The notes under the pieces are model-generated. The model was not told where the DNA came from and did not search any database. It saw only the letters and a program-made list of their open reading frames with translations. DNA of 63,750 nucleotides, filler included, from Aduncisulcus paluster (taxonomy: Eukaryota), in NCBI GenBank assembly GCA_024181965.1. It is 4 parts of 4 records of this genome, joined end to end, with 100 filler letters (N's around TTAATTAATTAA, not from the genome) between each part and the next. Parts side by side here need not be neighbours in the genome. Positions count along the whole stretch, not along the records: positions 25,599 to 51,923 come from BQXS01010997.1; positions 52,024 to 59,143 come from BQXS01010999.1; 2 more parts are not named here. One strand, written 5' to 3'. The stretch's first letter is position 1, and each line of letters begins with the position of its first letter. Shown piece after piece: positions 47,543 through 58,140 of this stretch. The translations under genes and the position numbers were made by a program.

Positions 47543-48413
47543 CACTTATTTCTCAAGTATTTCAACCAATTTAATGTATTATGTTATTCATTTAGCTACA
47601 TATTCGAAACTTCTGATGGTATGATAGTTTCTGTAGTCACAAACTCCCATCAGTATAGTATAGTATAGTATAGTATAGGACAGTAGAGTGTTGTATATTT
47701 ATCTAATACCCTGCGATATCACATCTATTGGTGAAAATGATCAACACCCAGACACCTTTGATTCATCTCAAAATGGGGAATCTGTTTGTCTATTTTTATT
47801 GATTTAGATCTAAATTTTAGATTTTATTATTGCATTCAGATCCCATTAGAGCTGATGTCGCCAGCTCTATTCTTCTCCTTGATCGTTGAAGATAAGATAA
47901 TTGTAATACGGTGCCAGATCAATTCATACAATAGAATCTATTGAATAGATTCATAAATACTGTAATCACCTGAAGAAAGTTATTAAGATTTCTTATGTAT
48001 CTGAAATTATCAGATTTGCGTGAATATTGATCTTAATCATGTGAACTTTTCTGGAAGGTAAGTTGAAGATTCTATCTTAAGATATGTTGCGTGTCTTTGC
48101 CTGACGATGAACAATATATTTTAAATAAACTCATTTTGTATAGAATAGTACAGTATAGTACAGTATAGTACAGTACAGGTCCATAAGCAAGTATGAAGAT
48201 TACTCATAAGCATTAATAGATCCATTGACAGACTTGAGTGACCAGAATCAAGTGACCGGAATGGTGAATACGAGAGAAATTCGAAGACGCGAGCAGTGTC
48301 CTAGCATATACTTGATGGAGCAGATTAGACTATGCATTAATGAGATCTACTTGATAGAGTCAATCTTCATACTCAAGAACTCAGCATTATATAAAAATAA
48401 ATCAATTTTTTGG

Positions 48414-49107
48414 TCATAAAATTATACATGATTTGGAATCTTCGACAACAAGGGAATGGTGGATTTCGTGAGAGAAAAGAGTTGCACATGATTCAATGAT
48501 AATAGTTCGGAGTTCAATCAAGTTAATTTGATCTTTTGTTGATATTTCAATTGATTTTGCTGAGAATTTGGAACAAAGTTCAGCAATTTCAGATGAATTA
48601 TCCACACTAGAAGGCTTAATGTCAAGCTTGGTTCCTACAAAAATAAAGCAGCTTTTTTCAGGATTGACCAGAGGCTTAGAGAACTCAAGAGCCGAGTGAA
48701 TTTGTTCATGGATGCCGAGGATCGAAGAATCATATGAAATAATTATTATATTTGAATGGCGGAGCCGCATTGGCATTACCCCAACGTGTATATCATCAAT
48801 CAGGACAGAACCTTATTAAAAAATAAAAGAAAAGAAAACAAAAGATAAATCCACAGAAAACTTTAAAAAAGGTTCAGACTGCAAGAGAAAAATAAGATCT
48901 CAATTCTGACATACTTGAAACATCCCAAACGTGAAAATCGTACGAATATGGGCCATTTGATAACGAATAATGTTTAGAATAACAACCGATGGTACTGTCA
49001 TGCTCGGAATAAGGGAGACCTACCAACGAGTCAAATAAACTAGTTTTTCCATTAGCTTCACCAATAATAACAGCCTTTACGAAATTAATATCTTGTTTTT
49101 GAGCCAT
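48414..49107 (-). CDS. Divergent Ras-superfamily small GTPase with a CaaX box (196 aa, 2 exons)
   Basis: Exon 1 49107-48915, intron 48914-48812 (GTATGT...TAAG), exon 2 48811-48414. Motifs GEANGKTS, STIG, WDVSS, VGTKLD, EISTK and C-terminal CIIL. Confidence 0.85.
48812..48914 (-). other. Spliceosomal intron, 103 nt, GTATGT...AATAAG
   Basis: Joins two track ORFs in frame into one complete GTPase fold. Confidence 0.75.
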
Positions 49108-49518
49108 AAACCCAATTGATTAATCTCTGAAAGGTCTAGATACGAACAAATCGGGAAAAGTTTTGAAATTAAAAGAAAAGTAAANNNNNNNNNNNNNNNN
49201 NNNNGGTTCAGACTGCAAGAGAAAAATAAGATCTCAATTCTGACATACTTGAAACATCCCAAACGTGAAAATCGTACGAATATGGGCCATTTGATAACGA
49301 ATAATGTTTAGAATAACAACCGATGGTACTGTCATGCTCGGAATAAGGGAGACCTACCAACGAGTCACATAAACTAGTTTTTCCATTAGCTTCACCAATA
49401 ATAACAGCCTTTACGAAATTAATATCTTGTTTTTGAGCCATAAACCCAATTGATTAATCTCTGAAAGGTCTAGATACGAACAAATCGGGAAAAGTTTTGA
49501 AATTAAAAGAAAAGTAAA
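48871..49518. other. Probable assembly artefact: 314 bp (48871-49184) repeated at 49205-49518 around a 20-N gap, with one substitution
   Basis: Copies differ at 49034 (A) versus 49368 (C), giving SLFDS or SLCDS. Confidence 0.8.
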
Positions 49519-49582
49519 AAAATATTTTATTAACTATGAACGAACCAAATAAAAAATTTGATTATTTTGATTATTTACATAT

Positions 49583-51923
49583 TTACATGTTATGAATTGA
49601 GAAGAAAGTGGCAATTGGCTTGAATTCTTCAGGAATTTCCTGAGATGTCAAATTCGGGAAATTGTCAAAAATAAACTTACTTTGCTCCTCCATGAACATT
49701 TTCACTGATTTCTGAATGAGTTCATCAAACTTTTTCTTATCAGGAAGGTCGATTGCCTTTTCGGTTTCTGCATGACGATGGCGGGATGATTCTTCTCCGT
49801 CATCGCTGCTCGAGTCATAGTCGTCAGAAGATGATGATTCCTCCATAACACGCATTTCAATAACATCTGCCTTCTTCTTAAGGTGAATTTGAAGGACGTT
49901 TTTAGCATTATCCTGCTTAATATGGTAGAAGATAGATTCCAAGAGTTGGAACCAAGGCCCACACCAGGATGCCAAAGAACGAATCAGCATCGTATGTGAT
50001 GATGGGAGTTGCCACTGTCGACGTTTATGTCTGAATTGATGTTCGCTATCTTTGTCTTTGGGAGAGGATTTTGATACGGGGTTAAGAGTGAAAGTAACAG
50101 CCCTTGAAAGATATATAGGGTAATCACATTCCTCAAGACTCCATTTGGAAAGCTCAGACACATAAGTCATGATATTAAACTGAGCAATGAGAGAATCAAT
50201 AATAGGATCGCTCTGTGGATGTTTTTCAGTAGATAAAGATCCAGGGGTTCTGATGGGGGCCTCGTCATCATCCTTGATTAATTTTATAATCGTATCATTA
50301 ATTCTCTCGTGCATAGAATCCTCAGCCCCAATAACACTAGAAGTAGTGCTATCGAGAGTTGTAACAGGGGGCCTTTCACTGCCATTCGGGGATTCAACTC
50401 CAAGGGAAGGTGATTTAGGCTGGATAACCTTCAATACATTCTCTTGGCATGACATGATCGACGGAGAGAAAGAAGCAGAGTGCTCGTTGAGTTCAGACAA
50501 AGTATGAGCCCACTCTCTCATAACTCCAAGTCCAGTGGAGACATTAAGAGTATGAGTTTGAATGATGGAGTGATTTGGAAGAAGCATAGAGACCTCCAAC
50601 AGGGAGTGAGGAAGCTGCAAGGATGTGAGTTGAGAAAAGAATATGTTAGGGGTGCATCCAACAGAGCTCAAAACATTCATGACATACCGCCAGTTGGTTT
50701 TGGCATAGTCAGGAATAATCTTGTTGGCAAATTCCATGTCACTGGGTTCTAGAGGAAGGATACATTGCTCCGTCGACTTACAAGACGGCATCCAAGGGAA
50801 ATAGAGAGGGACAATGTTCTCAAACGTTCCAAGAGTAAAGAATGACTCCGCAATCGCTCTACACTCGTTAAAGATACTCTCACGGGTCTCCCAGCTCCCT
50901 TCGTCACCACGTTCTCCTCCCTGAAGCCTGGTTTCCCACACAATGTCTCTCACATTTTGATAGTACGCAATTCGTTGGTCCTCTTCGTCTCCTCGACGCA
51001 TCCACACAAAGTCTCCACGCTTGGGTTCATTCTCGTAAGCGGTATCAATAGAGTTTGTCTCATTCTTGAAGAAACTACCAGAAAATCCACTCGCTGTGAT
51101 CTCCGGGAATCGTCCGTTCCTCTCGCTTGGGATCTTTGATATTGATGCAGCGCTGTATTGTTCACAGATAAGTGCAAAGAACGACTTAGATATGGCGGAA
51201 AGCGAGGCAATGAGAGCCGAATAAGCAATGGGAAGTGTTCCAAATCTGACTGGCATTTCCACATGATGGAATTTCGTGTGTTCCTTAAAAGCTTGTTTCC
51301 TTTGCGCTTGTTCTGTATCACGGACATTTTGTCTTTTCTGTTTTTCGATCAATCTCTTAACCCTTTCTTTCTCTGCTTCTTCACTCTTCTCATTCTCATC
51401 TCTCTCGATCTCTGATTGTTTCAACCATTCCTCTTTCTCTTTCCTTTTCTTTTCTTCCTCTTCCAAAATCATAGCATCTTCCACCTCCCATCTTTCTTTA
51501 TCTTTCTGATCGAGCGTTGCGTCCAATTTATCAAGACTCTCTTTCTCTTGTATGAGCTCATAATCGGACACATTGGAACGCTTCCAGGGCCACCATGGAG
51601 CCCTCTCTCTCCTCTCAGAGGGATCTATTTCTTCACGCAGACCATCAACACCCCACTTAGAATGGTGGTGCTCCTCTATCCGTGTAACATGTTTGACAGC
51701 AGCCGATGGATCGAGTGCAAGTCTCGCGATGTTGTCCTTGGTGACTCCTGCAGCCCTACGAGTTTCACTTAGCTTCTGCTCACGAACTTTTTCATAATAT
51801 TTCTTTCTTTCTTCCCATCTCTTGAGCTCCTCTTCCAAGTCACCGTCTTTATAATCTTTCTCATCCTCATCCCTGTCTTTTATGTCTTTCCTTGCAATAC
51901 GCTTCCAACGACGAATCTTGGTC
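49583..51923 (-). CDS. Hypothetical charged/coiled-coil protein, 5'-truncated; possible dynein stalk-head-like domain
   Basis: Frame open from the linker to the stop at 49583 (about 780 codons). Confidence 0.75.
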
Positions 51924-52023
51924 NNNNNNNNNNNNNNNNNNNNNNNNNNNNNNNNNNNNNNNNNNNNTTAATTAATTAANNNNNNNNNNNNNNNNNNNNN
52001 NNNNNNNNNNNNNNNNNNNNNNN
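51924..52023. other. Artificial scaffold linker N44-TTAATTAATTAA-N44
   Basis: Same as at 25499. Confidence 0.95.
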
Positions 52024-52179
52024 ATGACACAACTTCATCAGAAATTCTTTGTTTTGTTATTGAATGAGAAGTAACTCACCCAAAAATGATACTCTAGCGT
52101 GTTTCATTCAAAACTATAATTTAAGTAATTCCATATACGTTTTTTACCTTTTCTTTCATTCTCCTTATTGTAAGGACTT

Positions 52180-52749
52180 CTATAGGAATTGAGAATACAT
52201 CTCTTTCCAAATTTGGAAAATAGAACGAGCAGGAACATATTTTCGGAATTCAATTAACTTCGTTTCGATTTCTTTTTGATTAGGTTGCAATATTAAAGAA
52301 CCAACCTCATAAACTGGACCAAATATAGAAGGGGTTGGCAACCTCGAATAACCCTTTAGATTTGGATGAATTGTGTTTATAAAATGGACAATACGCATTG
52401 CACACATCTGAATGACTCCCTTCACGATTGGGTTACCATCAAAGGATCCACATTCCGGCATACGAATGGAAAAAGGTCGAATAAAGAGTTGAGAAACATA
52501 TGGTGTACACTGAAATTGAGCAGAATAGTAGTTCCGTAATTGTAATCTCTTTGGTGAAGGTTTTTCAAATAGTTCAGACCTCAAATTCCCGAAGAAATTC
52601 GATTGATATGTGAATATTTCTTTACATTCAGGTGGATTTGGTATTAAACGGTGGCTAAATCCATATTGATCCGTGTGAACATGAATTCTCATATTCTTCA
52701 AAATATTCTTCCACAACCTCCTCAATCCCAAAATAGCATGTTTTCTCAA
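52180..52749 (-). CDS. Hypothetical ORF or gene fragment
   Basis: 189 open codons starting 20 nt after the upstream stop. No clear start (first ATG 52692), and the 5' part may read in another frame (MTKLEKTCYFGIEEVVEEYFEEY). Confidence 0.35.
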   Translation of the reverse strand: MRKHAILGLRRLWKNILKNMRIHVHTDQYGFSHRLIPNPPECKEIFTYQSNFFGNLRSELFEKPSPKRLQLRNYYSAQFQCTPYVSQLFIRPFSIRMPECGSFDGNPIVKGVIQMCAMRIVHFINTIHPNLKGYSRLPTPSIFGPVYEVGSLILQPNQKEIETKLIEFRKYVPARSIFQIWKEMYSQFL

Positions 52750-52768
52750 GTTTCGTCATGATATCATC

Positions 52769-53888
52769 CTAGGAATATCCCCATGGGAGAAGGGATAACA
52801 ATTCACTTACAACTGTTTCTTCTGACATAGCAAATATAAGGGAGTTGATGCCGATACAACGACTATTCTTAGCACACCAGGTTCCTTTGCCTTCAACCTC
52901 ACACGATACAACGTTATCCAAATCAATAGGAAGGAAATGCCATTCATATTTAAGTTCATTTAAACTTTCAGGTTTTGTGAATTTATACTTCTTGGATGTC
53001 TTCTTACCATCACAATCAGTGAAAGTGAAGAGAAGAGAGGGTGAACTCCAATCCTTATCCACACAGATATAAGCACCTTTCATGGGACTAGGTGATGGGA
53101 AAGGGATAGAAAGATGGGATAAGCGAACACCAACAACATCTTTCCCTTTTAACATTTTTTGTGCATCTGAACTCCGATCATACTCCTTAGATTCCTTACT
53201 AAACGCATCATTCTTGCACTTAACCATTGAGAGTGAGGGATCTACAAGTTTTGGATCATCTCGTGGAATGGGAATAGAAGCTCTACCTTTAGATTCCTCA
53301 TCTCCTTCCTTAACAAACTCTGGTTTCACAACTGGTGTTTCAGCCCATAGTTTCTCTCTGGCTTCACGAGCTTTGATTTCTTCAGGGGTTTCTTCTCTAC
53401 TAATGAAAACAAGGGAATCGATTCCAAACCACTCTTTCTCTCTTCCTTTCCCTGTAATCTCACACAGAACAACATCAGGGAGATCAAAAGGTAGGAAATA
53501 CCAATAAATATATTTAAATTCAGGAAATTCGTATTTTTTGGATGTTTTAGCACCCTTTGAAGATGTGAGAGTGAAGATAAGATGTGATGGAGGTAAAGAA
53601 TAACCATCTAGACAGATATAAGCCCCTTTCATTGGGGAAGATGAAGCGAAAGGAATGGAAATATGGGTAAAGAGTCCACTCTCCTTTCATCATAGATTGT
53701 GCGTTAGAACTCTGATTGTACTTTTCATCACCTTCTTCCTCATTTCTATCTTCTATCGCTTTGATAGTTGGAAATGCTGCACTCTTAATATTGCGGGAAT
53801 CTCTAGGAATTGGACAGCAAAACCAATGTCCTTCATGAATAAACTCAGGTTCCACAGTTTGAATAACAGAATCTGTGAATGAACTCAT
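52769..53888 (-). pseudogene. Two-repeat jelly-roll-like family protein with a single frameshift near 53678
   Basis: ORF 53888 (..AQSMMKGE) continues as GLFTHISIPFASSSPMKGAYICLD in the frame of ORF 52769..53632. The internal second repeat has the uninterrupted equivalent AQKMLKGK..LSHLSIPFPSPSPMKGAYICVD. Confidence 0.75.
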
Positions 53889-54588
53889 TTGAAAAGAGAT
53901 AGAATATCTTATCTAAAAAATAAAAACCAAGCAGAATAATGAATGAATCCGGTTGAAATATTTCTTAATATACATTTAATAAAAGATGTGACATATAGTA
54001 AACATACAATTTGTTTTAAAAGCGGGAAAAAATGACGACCTCGAAAAGATGGCCAAACTTACAACCCTCGATTGACAATCTTTGAAAGTGATATAGCATA
54101 AGATATACATAAAAATATATGAACTTTTTCTTTGGATTATATATTGCATACCATCCTTGTGAATCCACTCCTGATACAAAATCGTTCCATAAGTCCCAGT
54201 TTTGTTTACATATTGGATTCTAAAGTGACATAATATGCCGATATGTTGCAATTGAAATCTATAAGTATTGTAAATATCATCGGCTCGAGGTTTCTGTTGT
54301 GTTTTGTAGTTTTGTTGTTTTCTGTGCTTTCCATTTTTGCATTCTCCACAACGTTTGGTCATACGCTGGATAAATCGCTTAATGAAGTCAAATAATAACC
54401 ACACTAGAACAATTGAGAAAGAGAAAGAGAGAAAGAAATAGCTTGAAGGAGAGAAAAGAAAAGATTATCATTGTCTGTGTCTTCTTCTTTATATACCAAT
54501 GTTAATCATATCGTAAAATCGTATCATTCAGTTTATTATGTGGTAGAATCCTGCTAATAGATTCTACATCCAGAATAATAATTCACAT

Positions 54589-56073
54589 TCACAAGAAAGG
54601 TTCAATTGAGGTAACTGTCTTCTTGTGAGCACTAAAGAAGGAGTTGAGCTTTTCTACTAGCTTGCGGATTTGTGACTGAAGGGCGTCGATTTGTTTCTGT
54701 TTATCCTTATCTTGTGATTCGGCAAGGAAGCAAGATGATTTACAAGAAGCTATTTCGGACGTTTGTTTCTGGATTATCTCTCTAGATTCCGCAAGTTCCT
54801 TGGAATGCTGTTTGGAATGGTCATCAATATCTACTTGGAGCTGAGATGTGGTACAAAGAAGGCTTGTGATCTGTTCTCCTTGTTTCTGGATTATCTCTTC
54901 TTGCTTCCGAATAACATCTTCTTGAGCAATAACTTTGCTCAAAAGGGTGTCAATTTGTCTCCTTTGCTCTGAAAGAGGTTCTGTGATCAATCTGTCAACT
55001 CGATCTTTCCATTTACACTCCGTCTCTTTTTCTTCATCAACAATAAAACGAATTCCTCCAATGCCATTACCACCATGTCCACCATCCCAAGTTTCTTGAA
55101 TAAGAATTTCACAAGATACGATATTGGGAAGATTTACAGGGAAAGAAACCCAGAAACACGTTTTTTCTGGATAGATTCCTTCGATAATATCATATTTCTT
55201 GACAATCCTATTTCCAGAAGAGTCTGTGAATACAGCATCAAATCGTTTAATTCCATGAGGATGATTGTGATTACAGAAGCAGAACTCCCGAATATCATGG
55301 ACAGCTGTGAATGGAATAAGGAGAAAAGGAAAGAAGTAGAGCTGATTGGTTCCAGCAAAAAGATTTTTCAAATTAAATTTTTCATGTCTATTAGTAAACC
55401 GACACAATGCATTTTGAACATCCACCTCAGCAACTTGAGAGTGTCCGACAGGATAGGGACCAGTGAATGCTAGAGGACCATAACTAGCCGAGTGAGTATC
55501 CATTATGTATTTCCCATGAATACATGGTTGATCGATGAACTTAAAATCCTTCGTTAGGAGTCTAATTGAATAGAGGAAACTTGGCCCAGAAGGACCAGGA
55601 CCAGGTGGAGTCCCATCCCAACATTTGAGTAATTCGAGATCACATTGCACAATATCATCAAGATCAACAGGGAAAATCTGCCAAGTGTACTTTCTAGGGT
55701 GCTCTTCAAATTGATATTCCTTGACAATCTTGTCTCCATCAGAAGTTGTAAAGATGGCATTAAATTCTTTAATATATCCTGAATCACAGTAATAACTCAC
55801 ACACAAAGAATCAACATGATGGGGACGAACAAATGGAATATACATACTCTTCTCAAACAGAATAAAACTTCGAGTATTTGAATTTGAAAAAAAATCTTTC
55901 ACACTTGTTCCACCCTTATGTTTGTCAACCGAAGCACGACCTTCATCTATTTTAACAAGTTCTGAAGGATGGATAGGGAATGGATCAGAATAGAGATGCG
56001 GTGCTCCAGCATAAGTATTGTTTCTCCCTGTAGGATGGTTATAACGAAGTAATTTCCCGATTATTTTTACCAT
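54589..56073 (-). CDS. Two-repeat jelly-roll-like family protein with a C-terminal coiled coil
   Basis: Two internal repeats IPF..FT.S.G..IVK.Y..W..FPV.L..IV.C....WDG..IR, then a heptad-rich tail. ATG at 56073. Confidence 0.8.
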   Translation of the reverse strand: MVKIIGKLLRYNHPTGRNNTYAGAPHLYSDPFPIHPSELVKIDEGRASVDKHKGGTSVKDFFSNSNTRSFILFEKSMYIPFVRPHHVDSLCVSYYCDSGYIKEFNAIFTTSDGDKIVKEYQFEEHPRKYTWQIFPVDLDDIVQCDLELLKCWDGTPPGPGPSGPSFLYSIRLLTKDFKFIDQPCIHGKYIMDTHSASYGPLAFTGPYPVGHSQVAEVDVQNALCRFTNRHEKFNLKNLFAGTNQLYFFPFLLIPFTAVHDIREFCFCNHNHPHGIKRFDAVFTDSSGNRIVKKYDIIEGIYPEKTCFWVSFPVNLPNIVSCEILIQETWDGGHGGNGIGGIRFIVDEEKETECKWKDRVDRLITEPLSEQRRQIDTLLSKVIAQEDVIRKQEEIIQKQGEQITSLLCTTSQLQVDIDDHSKQHSKELAESREIIQKQTSEIASCKSSCFLAESQDKDKQKQIDALQSQIRKLVEKLNSFFSAHKKTVTSIEPFL

Positions 56074-56814
56074 TACGGGGCAAATATATGAATATATCAA
56101 AAATAATGAATATAATATGTTGCCAAAATAGCGAAAATTGCGAAAAATAATGAGGTGTCAAAAAATGAGTATACAGTGTGGTGTTACCTTAGTTATAAGA
56201 ATAAAACCAATCTTAGCAAGACTATGCTTGAAGACAATTTACTGTTTAAGATGAATCAGAATCTCGTTGAAGAAATACCTGCCTCATTCATTGAGAAGCT
56301 AGGTGTAGAAATCAATTAATCAATAATCGAATCAACAATGAAATATAAATAAAATAAATATAAATTAAATAAAATAAATAAAATATAATTATAAAACAAA
56401 TAAATAAATAATAATATATCAAAGATTGAGAAAAATTAGAACATCACCACAGAATCAATCAGAATATTTAACAATAATTATTGTTAACGACTATAAAATA
56501 AGTCGGGCTAGCAAATTTATTATATTTTCTTGCAGCTAAATCAATCACGACAAAATGTCTCCACCTTCTCATGATAAGCCTTTTGAAATTTATTCTCGAA
56601 TGAAAATTTATATTTACATGATATTATTGTTATTTTAAAAATGCATTATGTCAGTAGTTGCTTCAACAATAGTCCCTTTTACTTGAAGGAAATTAATCGT
56701 GAAATGAGAAAAATATTTTGGCCATTTAACAAATATAAGAGGAGATTTCGGTTTCTGGACTCTTCAAGTAGAATTTGGATAAAGAGAAGACAAAGAATTG
56801 AAAGTAAATATGTT

Positions 56815-58140
56815 TTAAATGAGATCAACTGAAAAGAAATCTTGGAAATCTTGGATCTTGCTGATAAGACGTTGGAAATCTGAATACGAGAGTTTTGAAG
56901 GCACAGCAGCCTCGGCACGAATTCCCTCAATGATTTTTTCCAAATCTTCATCATCAACATCTTCACTCATCAACAATTCAAGATTCCGAAAAGCGACAGC
57001 CTCGCTAAACGACATTGAAGCGTACTGACGAAGGTCCACACTCCGTTTTGCCTTGGATAATTCCTTTTCATACTTCTTTCGTTGGCGTCTTGAGAGAAAG
57101 GTGTCACGAGCTCTCTGTCTCTTCTTCTCTTGAACAGCTTTCTGGCTTTGAGTTCCTGTTTGGCCCAATCCAAGTCCAATGAGACCCATTACTTGTCCAA
57201 AAGCATCTTCCTCTTCCTCTTCCTCTTCCTCTTCCTCTTCTTCTTCTTCCTCGGAGTATGAAGAGTCATCTTCACTTTCGAAGAAAGAGTAAAACGAATC
57301 AGCTTTCTCTGATGTACAACACGATTTTGAGGAGGATGACCGGCTGAGAACATACCTGAATCCACCAGCAACATATTGAGCATTCGTACGTGGATCAACA
57401 AAAATTGTCATCTTGCCGAGCTCAAAAACGATGTCATCACTTCCAACACTCCTACCCTGAATCGTTTTTGCCCCCAAAGTGTCCTCAAATTTCTTCATCA
57501 TTTTCGCTTGATCCTTGTGAACACCGGATTGGGCTTCAACAAGCTTAACATGCTCTTCAATCAAAGTACGTTTAGAAATACATAATAAGGTAACTAAATC
57601 TTCAAAATCTCTGGAACTAAGCTCACCATCACGATCAAAATCGAAGAGATGAAAAGCCAATTGAGTTTTGACATCAATTGGAGCTTTAGATGATAACATA
57701 GAACACAAAAGGAGAAAATCGTCAAAACATATTCCAACGTGCTTCCAATGAGGTCCTGCAGAAGCTTCTCTATCGGTACATGGTTCTGATATAGGAGAAT
57801 GGATTAAAGCACATATCCTCTCAATGAATGGATTGTAAAAAAACTCTGGTAATTGGGAAATAACGAAGGGTGGAAGCCAGAATGATTGGTCCATTAATTG
57901 TTTATCTTTCAACGGAACTGTAGAATACCTCTCATAGAGATCCACAAATCTTCCATAGAGCTCAACGATATTACTCTTCGTAAAAAATGTTTGTTCTTTC
58001 ATACTCTTTAAATATGAATCACTCAAAACTTCATGTCTCGCTTTTTTTTTCCGGCAGCAACCAGATTCTTCATCACTAGAACTTCCAGCGTACATATCCT
58101 TATGAGCATCTAAACCTCGAGAAGTATCAAACATTGACAT
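56815..58140 (-). CDS. CIB/calcineurin-B-like EF-hand protein with a large internal insertion
   Basis: TFFTKSNI, LPEFFYNPFIERIC, FDDFL..SSKAPIDVKTQLAFHLFDFDRDGEL and LSYSDFQRLISKIQDFQDFF follow CIB family motifs. Start ATG 58140 preferred but uncertain. Confidence 0.8.
   Translation of the reverse strand: MSMFDTSRGLDAHKDMYAGSSSDEESGCCRKKKARHEVLSDSYLKSMKEQTFFTKSNIVELYGRFVDLYERYSTVPLKDKQLMDQSFWLPPFVISQLPEFFYNPFIERICALIHSPISEPCTDREASAGPHWKHVGICFDDFLLLCSMLSSKAPIDVKTQLAFHLFDFDRDGELSSRDFEDLVTLLCISKRTLIEEHVKLVEAQSGVHKDQAKMMKKFEDTLGAKTIQGRSVGSDDIVFELGKMTIFVDPRTNAQYVAGGFRYVLSRSSSSKSCCTSEKADSFYSFFESEDDSSYSEEEEEEEEEEEEEEEDAFGQVMGLIGLGLGQTGTQSQKAVQEKKRQRARDTFLSRRQRKKYEKELSKAKRSVDLRQYASMSFSEAVAFRNLELLMSEDVDDEDLEKIIEGIRAEAAVPSKLSYSDFQRLISKIQDFQDFFSVDLI

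Noticed and set aside
53976..54404. 142-aa minus-strand ORF between the family genes
   Set aside because: Non-ATG start, no motif and atypical composition; cannot be supported as a gene.
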